64,000 nucleotides of DNA from Eledone cirrhosa (lineage: Eukaryota). The notes beneath the pieces were generated by a model that worked only from the letters and a program-made list of their open reading frames with translations, did not search any database and was not told the DNA's origin. The stretch lies in contig OZ024747.1 in the NCBI GenBank assembly GCA_964016885.1, forward strand, positions 35,340,001 to 35,404,000, in the 5' to 3' direction. A program made the position numbers and the translations under genes. Positions 55,623-64,000 of this stretch are shown here, one piece after another (the stretch's first letter is position 1; each line of letters begins with the position of its first letter).

Positions 55623-55805
55623 AATTGTTTCTACTTTTAGCATAAGTCCAGCAATTACCCAGTGCATTACTAATACTTTATTTTATCGAACCCGTAAGGG
55701 TAAAAATTTAACCTCGGCGGTATTTGAACTCAGAATGGCAAAGGTTGCAACTCTATACATCAAAGCATGGCGTCCGGCCCTCTACGGATACTGCTAATCC
55801 ACCGC
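55623..55805 (-). mobile_element. SINE (with an adjacent decayed partial copy at 55520-55610)
   Basis: Same family body and boxes. Confidence 0.85.
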
Positions 55806-55924
55806 TGTAAGTGCAATAATAATAACAATAAAATATTATTATTATTATTGTTCTTTGAATCTCAGTCATTGATGTTATTTAACTGAAAAGTTTGTTGAAA
55901 TGAATATTAGCCGCTACCTGCAGA

Positions 55925-58230
55925 CTCAGATATCCAGCACGTATTGGAGGGTTCTTGCGGTTCCCAGCAAGCATGCCTTTTGAAGTGTTCCAAAAAGTGG
56001 TGGCCATCATTAATACCAGAACCTTCGAAGCACGAGCTTTCGCACCGATCTTCGGCGGCTACGATGTATACGCATCTTCCAGCTGTCCAGGATCGAGGTG
56101 AGGAGTTGCCGTGCTTTTTGGAGAGGCTTGGATCTCGACATACAGAGGTTTCATCTTCCTGGACCCAGATGGTAAGTCGGTGGTGCTGGACGTGACAGGC
56201 ATCGAAGGCAATGCATTCCGGCTAGTAGCCGTCTACGCCCCAACAGGGGAAGGGCGGTCATATTTCTTCAGACGTCTAGAGACCTTTCTGGGAACGTCCC
56301 TGCTCTTTAATGTAAGTGGGTCATTGATACGTAATATCTTAGATACACGCTTGGGTTATGTGGGGCTAGTAAATAAGGCAAGGGGGTGTAACTGCTTCAA
56401 CAGCCTACTCAGGCGTTTTGAACTGTCTGAAAGGTATATACTGCATTATCTGAATGTGCCAATGTGAATGTGGGTAAGCCGCATCGAGTCAACTATATCG
56501 TATCTAGATAGGGTATTCTGTAGGGAAACAGAAAAGGCTAGTATAGGTTGTCCACAATTTAAAGTAGCCCACTACACACACCATAAATTTGTGATCTCTT
56601 AAGTTGACTTAGATAGACTCCATAGGCAAGGGCACGGCTACTGGAAGCTGAACGCGTCGTTCCAATCGCGCAATGCTTACAGAGACCGGATTAGCGAATT
56701 AATTAGGCGTGGTGGTTTACCCTGAAAAGGGCAATTAGAGTTGAATAGATAATGTTTATCAAAGGCGTAGTGATAGAGGAAAATAGAGTAGAAGGAGAGC
56801 TAGTTAGAAAGCTAAAAGAGGCATTTAGGACAGGCATCGCAATCATCGTGATTGAGTCGAGATTGGCACTCGACCAATTCTTCAACGCAAAGTATGGAGG
56901 CTGCGTTGTCAGAGCTAGAGCGCGTGCACTGAGACACGAGGGGCGAATGTCGTTCAATGGGCCAGGAGGTAGAGGTGCGTCGTTGCAACAAGTCCACAAT
57001 TCGGTCTTTGCCTCATAAAAAGGGGTGCGGCTTTTCAACAGCACATTGCTCAATTGTTCGGGGGTGGCATGGGCCGCATCCGTGTATTGACATCGCTGCA
57101 TACCTCGACAGGTTGTTGCGGCGCTCGGTGACCGCAGTGCAATGCTGCGAAAAGCCGACAGCAGCAGATGAAATAGGGGTAGCGATGTCTGATTGCACGA
57201 TAGGAAAATCGCCAGGTTTGGATGTTCCGCCCTACGAGCTTTATGCATACATGCCAGAATTTTTCGGTGACCTCTTGGCAGATATCTACTACAACTGGCA
57301 GCAGAACGGGAGCATTACCAGTTTTTTTAAACGGAGAGAGGTGGCGCTGCTGATAAACGACCCCAGCAATGAGGGCCATGAAGACAACTTCAGGCCCATA
57401 ACTCTACTAAATGCAGAGTTTAAGATTTTGGCCAAGGATTTAGCAAAGGAATTGGCCCTTGTCGTCGGTGATCTAGTGGGAGAGGCGCAGACATGTGCCA
57501 TTCCGGACAGATCCATCCACGACAACCTCAATCTCATGCGATACTTCATAGAGAGGGAAGGAACCTGGCATGGGTGGGACCCTTATCAACTTGCATCAAT
57601 GTTAAGCATTTGATATGGTCGACCATCGGTACCTGGCTGCGGTCCTCCACGCGGCCGGCTTCAAGCCCGTTTTCAGGGGCTAAAACGCTGCTACATCTGC
57701 TCTATTTTGAGGGTGAATGGTCACCTGTCGCAGCCGTTCTTCATCATGAGATCGTTCAAGCAGGGTTGTCCATTCTCATCCCTCTTGTAGGTATTGGCCC
57801 TCGAGCCATTACTGCAAAAATTGGAGAAGATTAGAGGGGCCCCACGCGAAGTGGGATGCGGGAGGTCCGTGTCCGCTTACGTCGACCACGTTACCGTGAT
57901 GTTGTCGAGAACCAAACAGAGGAAAGTCCACGCTTTCCGACAGGGTCGTGGAGTGCTGGGCGGATGGGCTGGTTAAATTGCTATTGTTCTGGTTCTTGTG
58001 GAGCTATGTCGAACAGCTGCTGGCGCGTGTAGGACGGATCCGGTTATCGACTAAGTCCATCGTGCAGATAGCCCCGTAACCCTCCTTTAAAGAGGAGGAA
58101 GGGCAGGCAGTTTTCATCTGCCAGGTGGCCATGGCGAAAGGGATTATGTGGTGGACAAGATTGAAAGGGTTGAAGATGGACACTTTCCTCTTCGTCCAAT
58201 CCCTGATTAACTTTTTCAAGTTTCACTTTC
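55925..58230 (+). mobile_element. Decayed Tx1-like ORF2 fragment (subfamily B-related)
   Basis: IFLDPDGKSVVLDV...FRLVAVYAP, FRPITLLNAEFKILAK, SAYVDHV, WWTRLKGLK...FFKFH; large deletions. Confidence 0.9.
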
Positions 58231-58234
58231 TCAC

Positions 58235-61200
58235 TAATAACAGCAGCATCCCGACCAACAACACCAACGACATTGGAAATACAAATATATACAAAAAAAA
58301 GAAAAGTTACAACAATAATAACAGCAGCAACAACGACAACAGCACCAACACCAACAGCAACAACGACAACAACACCACTTCGTTGCGGCTGCAGCCAAAA
58401 TGAGGACATGCTTCAGCAAGGACCTCTCGAATAAACATGAAAAGTTGGCCCAGGCCTGGAAGCTCGTCTAAGCAAGAACAAACCTGGGCAAACTTAGCTG
58501 TCTCGGTAGAAGCTATTGAAGGAGTGGAGCGCATAACAGTACATTACAGATGCATCTCAGCAGAAACCAAGAGGGCAGCGTTAATTCCACAGCAGATGTC
58601 GAAGAAGCGCTCAGGTGCATCAGGGATGACCCCGAATACATAGCGAGGGGCTGACAATACGGCATCTTTTCGGTTCTGGTTAATTCAGAAGCCCTCGCTA
58701 TGAAACCTGCTGTAATTCCTTGCAAAACCAGCAAGTTCATAATGTTCACCTCCCACATGGGAAAAAGAACAGCGCGTCTCGGCATTCCCAGTATCACACT
58801 AGGACTTGACATGAGGTGGCTTCTGAGAAATGTGATTGTTGAGGGGACGGATACCGTCCCGATAGAAGTTACAAGAACTGCCAGAGAGGACTGGTCCGAG
58901 GTTGGCCTGGAGATACTTCTCCAGATCCGGCCAGAGAATGTCAAAACAATCCTCGACCACACCCGTCTTCTGAAAGGGATGGTCAATCACATTATGACTG
59001 ACGGCAAAATGCCGCATTGTTTCGTTTGCGGGGAAAAATAACCTATTCTCGAGCCTTCTGCCCTCAACTGCTGATAGTTGCAAGCCGTCGAAGGGATCGA
59101 CTGCTGCCGACGTTGGGGCGAGACCACCACCATCACCAGCACCGGCAACACAACTATCAACAACACCAATAGAAACACCAGCACCAACATGGACCAACCA
59201 GGGGGAAAACGAGGAATTTGTCAATCCCCCTTCCCCCACACAAAAAATATACACATCTTTAAAAACATATATACACACAGAGACACATGCACTTACAGAC
59301 ACAGATCCCTTATCTTCCAGTAGTGAAGACGATGGAAAACAGAAACACCCCAGAATACAAAAGAGAGAGCACAGAAAGAAAAACCACCGAAAAGCAGAAA
59401 TACACCCAAAATAAAAAAAAAACATGCTGGCTCCACCATCTCCCCGACAACAACAACATCAACACCACCTTCACCATCACTAGAATCCCCCAAACCCAAA
59501 CAACCTAAACAGACGCAAGAATAAATATACACAAACATCTGAAACCAGACACCGCACTCACAACAAACACAGACAAAACCGAAACAACACCATCAAAACC
59601 ATCACCACCAAAGTCGCGCAAACAAATAAAACCACACCAACAAAACATACAAAACTTTGGGCTCGTCACAAGGGACAACATGGAACTGATTTCCCTCGGA
59701 GCACGAAATAAAGAAATACAAACAGGGGGGTGATTTTTAAGTCGAGCACATTGCGCAGGCCGGAAGATTTGTTTCTGGTGCGAATGTCGCTTGATTACTA
59801 CTAAGGGATTCGAGACAGCATTCCTCGGGACATGGGAACCCCGAATGTAAAACTAACATCAAGCCTTTTAAAGGGGTTCCCATAATAAAGCCCACCTTCT
59901 ATGTGGTCGAACATCCCGACCATCATATGAGCCCGGGAGGTAAGTAAAACTTTCCTCACGCTTTTAGCCTGCCAACATGGCCATATTAAGAATAGGAAGT
60001 TTAAATGTTCGAGGCCTGGGGTCGCCCTGGAAGTAGGGTCACCTGCTCAACGACTTCTGGTCTCTAAAAATGGATGTAATTGCCGCCAGCGAGACCAGTA
60101 TTTCCGACATGCGCTCACTAGCCCCCATTTTCGACGACTATCAGATATTTGCATCTGTTAGCCGGGTGAGAATGGAAGGTGGGGTGGCAGTGCTGTTGAG
60201 GAACGGACTGGCTCTAGAGGTAAGGTCGATATTCCAGTATCCGGAGGGGAAGTTGGTGGTCCTGGACGTGAATCATAGCGAAGGTGGTGCCTTTAGAATG
60301 GCGGCCGTCAACGCCCCTACCGTGGCAGGTCGACCGGATGACTTTAGACGCCTGGAAGCCTTTCTGGGTACATCTCATCCTTTACTGTTAGCGGGATACT
60401 GGAACGGCATCTTAGAAGCACGCTGACACTGTGTGGGAGTGTCAGGAAGGAGCGGTTTGTGCAAAAGCCTCAAGTACCTGACCAGCCAGTTCCAACTATC
60501 TGACAGGTACCGACTAGATTTCCCTAGTGCGCCAGTGTGGACCTGGACTAATCGCATATGGTCATCTAGATCGTATATAGACAGGATATTCATTGGGAAA
60601 ATAGACAGAAATAGTGTAAGCTATCTTCGTTTTAAAACGGTCGCCTATTCAGACTAGAAGTTTGTGATCTGTATGGTCGACCTAGATAATACGTGTAGGT
60701 TAGGACCTGGTTACTGGAAGTTGAACATGTCGTTTCGGGCACGTAAGAATTACAGGGACCAGGTCAACAATTTAGTTAAGTAAAAGTTGATAGTTGGAGA
60801 CGTAGACAACAAATGTGTGTGTGTAGGGGGGGGGGGGGTCTCTCAAAAGAGAGATTAGAGTAATGTCGATAAGTTTTAGCAAAAAGTAGCTTTAGAGAAA
60901 AATAGAAAGGAGGGAGAGTTGGTAGATAAGTTAGACGAGGCTATTTGTAGTGGCCTTACAACTAATGTTCTAGCGGCGAGAATGGCAGTAGATCATTTCT
61001 TCAATGGGAAACACGAGTGTTGCATTGTCAGAGCTAAGGCGCGTGCTCTGAGAAAGGAGGGAACCAAAGCTGTTCGATGGGCACGCGTGAGAGAGGCGCA
61101 GCGTGGTAATAAAACAACAATTCAGTCTTTGACCAACCGAGACGGACACGAGCTGAGCGAATCCAGGTGGATGTGTGAGACTTTTCGCCAGCATTTTGCT

Positions 61201-63472
61201 CGGTTCTTCGGAGAAAATCGCGGGACAGAGACGGTGGCGGACTTCAGTCCCAATCGGGATGGCTTGTCGCAACTCTCGACGGCCAAGGCCGGGCAGAGAG
61301 AAGGCCGATTACTTCAGCCCAAATTCAGGATACCACTATCGGCTGCACGAGGCGCAAGTCACCCGGTTTGGATGGTCTGCCCTAGGAGCTTTACACATAT
61401 ATACCAGACTTGTTCTACGGTTTCCTCGAAGCGCTCTACTGCAACTGGCAACAGAACAACAGAACGGGAGTATTCCCAGTTCTGTGAGCCGGGGCGTAAT
61501 GACGCTGATAAGGAAAGACGAGAACAGGAGGGACACGTTAGATAATTTCAGGACCATAACTCTGCTCAACACAGAGTTTAAGATTTTGGCCAAGTTGTTA
61601 ATCAAGAAGTTGCCGCTTGTCGTTGAGGATTTGTTTTGGGAGGCGCAAACTTGCGCAATCCCAACCAGGTCCATACACAACGCTATACATAATGAAGAGG
61701 GTAGGGTTTAAACTTGGCTTCGGTGGGGCTCTGATCAATTTAGATCAATCGAAAGCATTTGATATGGTTGACCATCGATACCTGAAGGCCGGCTTCGGCC
61801 CCGTCTTCCGAAGCTGGATCGTTGCAATGCATAGCGGCCTCTGCTCGCTAGTCAAAGTCAATGGCCACCTCTCGGAACCGATTCAGATCTCCCAATCGGT
61901 CCGTCAATGGTGCCCTCTCTCTTCCCTTCTGCATGTATTTATTCTGGAGCCTTTAATGCGGAAGCTGTAGCTGTTCCAATGCTTTGTGCTCGAACCGGCA
62001 CCCGGAAAGGCTGTATCGGTTTTGTGGACATCACTGTGACGGTGTCGGACACCTCAGAAATCGAGGTGGTCGGCAACTTATTGGAGGAATATGAAAGGTT
62101 GATGGGAGCAAAAATTAACCCATAAAAGTCGGTGGGCTTGCAACTCGGCACCTGGAGAGACAAGTCCATGCCGTCCAACAACGTAGTTAGGCGATGGACG
62201 GACGGACCGGTAAAGTTGCTCGGGGTTAGGTTCTGGATAGACCTTCAGGTGGATGCGAATTGGGACGTGGTGAAGGGCAGTGTAGCCGGTCTCACCCAGA
62301 AATGAGCTGCGAGCAATCATCACAGAAATGTCGGGCGGAGGTGACGAATGAGTACATCGCGTCCGTCATCTACAACCAGCTGACAGTCTTCCCTTGCTCC
62401 CCTTCGCGCCTCGACACCTTGGGACGGCTCCTCTTCAAATTCTTGTGGAGGACGCAGGTTCCGTTGGTGAGGCGTTCCATCTGTTTCTAGCACTCTCTAC
62501 GTGGAGGGCTTGGCATGCCGTGGCAAATGATGCGCAGTCATGCGCTGCGGCTGCGGCATCTCCAGATATTCTGCCTAAACGGTGAACAGGTGTGGTCGCC
62601 ATTTGTCAGACGCGTCATTCCGCGGCTCGTCTCTTTGACTGAGCTGAATTCCTGGGCCAAGAAGCGACCGAGATTGGATGACTGGCATCTGGAATGCTGC
62701 CAGGCACTCACTGCCCTCTACCAGGCGGGGGAAAAAAATCCCTCGCTTGGCAGTGTTATCGGGTGGCACTGCCGGTTAAATATAAACTCTACAGGCACGG
62801 AAGTGGTGTCAGACGGATCTGCCGGAGATGTGAGCAGAGTGACGAAACCGTTCTGCATGCACTCGTCCAGTGTCTGTGCATTAATGACATGTGGATTTAT
62901 GTCGAACAGCTATTGTCGTTCTAGAACGGATCGGCTATCGGCCGATTCCATAGTGAAAATCGACCGCCGCCTTCTTTTGGCCAGGAAGGGCAAGCAATTT
63001 TCATCTGTCTGGTGTCAGTCGTGAAAGAGGATGTATGGTGGACCAGCCTCTCATCAAATTTTTCAAGTTTCACTTGGAAAGGACAGTGAGGGGAGAGAGA
63101 GAAGTGCTGCCCCCCCCCCCCCCACGTACATTTGTTGAAAGGTGGGTGAATGTGGCGAGAATGGCCCGTGTGAGCGGGCCTACTCTGATCATGCGCCTGT
63201 AGGTTGGTAAATTTGAGGAGGTGCGGGGTGCTCTTCCCGTGTACTCTCAAAGCGTCGGGTGGTTCAGGATTGGTCGATACCTGAGTAAAAATTGGGTGGT
63301 TATCCCCCCTATTGCGGATTTTCCTTGTATTTTTATTGTTGTTTTGTTATTGTTATTTATATTGTTTACACGTTGTATATGTAACCCACCCCACACTGTC
63401 ACATACTTTTGTATTGTCGCCTATATTTCGGCCCTTGTGGCCAATAAATGCAACTATAATAAATGAAACTAG
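58235..63472 (+). mobile_element. L1/Tx1-like LINE subfamily A, copy 3 (5'-truncated in ORF1, inactive)
   Basis: ORF1 remnant to 59947 (CFVCGEK); ORF2 remnant 59977-63202; 3' UTR, AATAAA and (AGT)n tail. Confidence 0.95.
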
Positions 63473-63520
63473 TCGAAGTAGTAGTAGTAGAAGCAGCAGT
63501 AGCAGCACCAGCAACAGCAA

Positions 63521-63562
<42 letters not shown>

Positions 63563-63603
63563 CAGCAGCAGTAGCAGCAGCAGTAGCAGTAGTAGTCGTA
63601 GTC

Positions 63604-63660
<57 letters not shown>

Positions 63661-63661
63661 A

Positions 63662-63723
<62 letters not shown>

Positions 63724-63735
63724 ATGGTAGTAGTG
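63473..63735 (+). repeat. (AGT)n/(AGC)n microsatellite at the LINE 3' end
   Basis: Seen directly. Confidence 0.95.
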
Positions 63736-64000
63736 TGAGAGTAATCGGGAAGAATAGATGATGGAGATGATTATGTTGATGATGATGTTCACAAACTTAT
63801 GTTGATCGTTGTTGTTAAAAATACTGCAGAAAATACCTCGAACATAATATGATTTTCTCCTATATCCATTGTCTTTATTTATATTGTTCACCCTCTAAAC
63901 TTAATAGAACGCTGATGGGAAATTTTAATGGATCAAAAAATAAGCGGTTGGGTGGCTTAGAAAAGGTGATTAAAACAATGAAATAATTTGCCCTCTATTT

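Overview
AT-rich eukaryotic DNA with many (TA)n, (CA)n, (GA)n, (AAT)n and (AGT)n microsatellites. I found no intact host gene. The tRNA-derived SINE family and repeat style suggest an octopod cephalopod, but that is inference. The window is almost entirely decayed transposons: (i) five large and two fragmentary L1/Tx1-like LINE copies from at least two subfamilies, several head-to-tail at trinucleotide microsatellites; (ii) four Penelope-like element (PLE) coding remnants, plus many short fold-back, PLE-terminal-repeat-like insertions at (TA)n, carrying about a dozen minimal type I hammerhead ribozyme motifs; (iii) a 5'-inverted RTE LINE, an RTE-like 3' end, an R4-like fragment, a mariner remnant and about 12 SINE copies. 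Three signals stand out. First, the unpaired tail of six fold-back PLE insertions (about five dissimilar families) carries a GAGYRYT motif 19-31 nt beyond the inversion point. Second, a 657-nt tandem hammerhead repeat has complementary defects in its two copies. Third, a U1-type splice donor (AG|GTAAGT) is conserved at the ORF1 end of both Tx1-like subfamilies, with a candidate acceptor at the ORF2 stop. All structures and alignments were read by eye; no searches were run.
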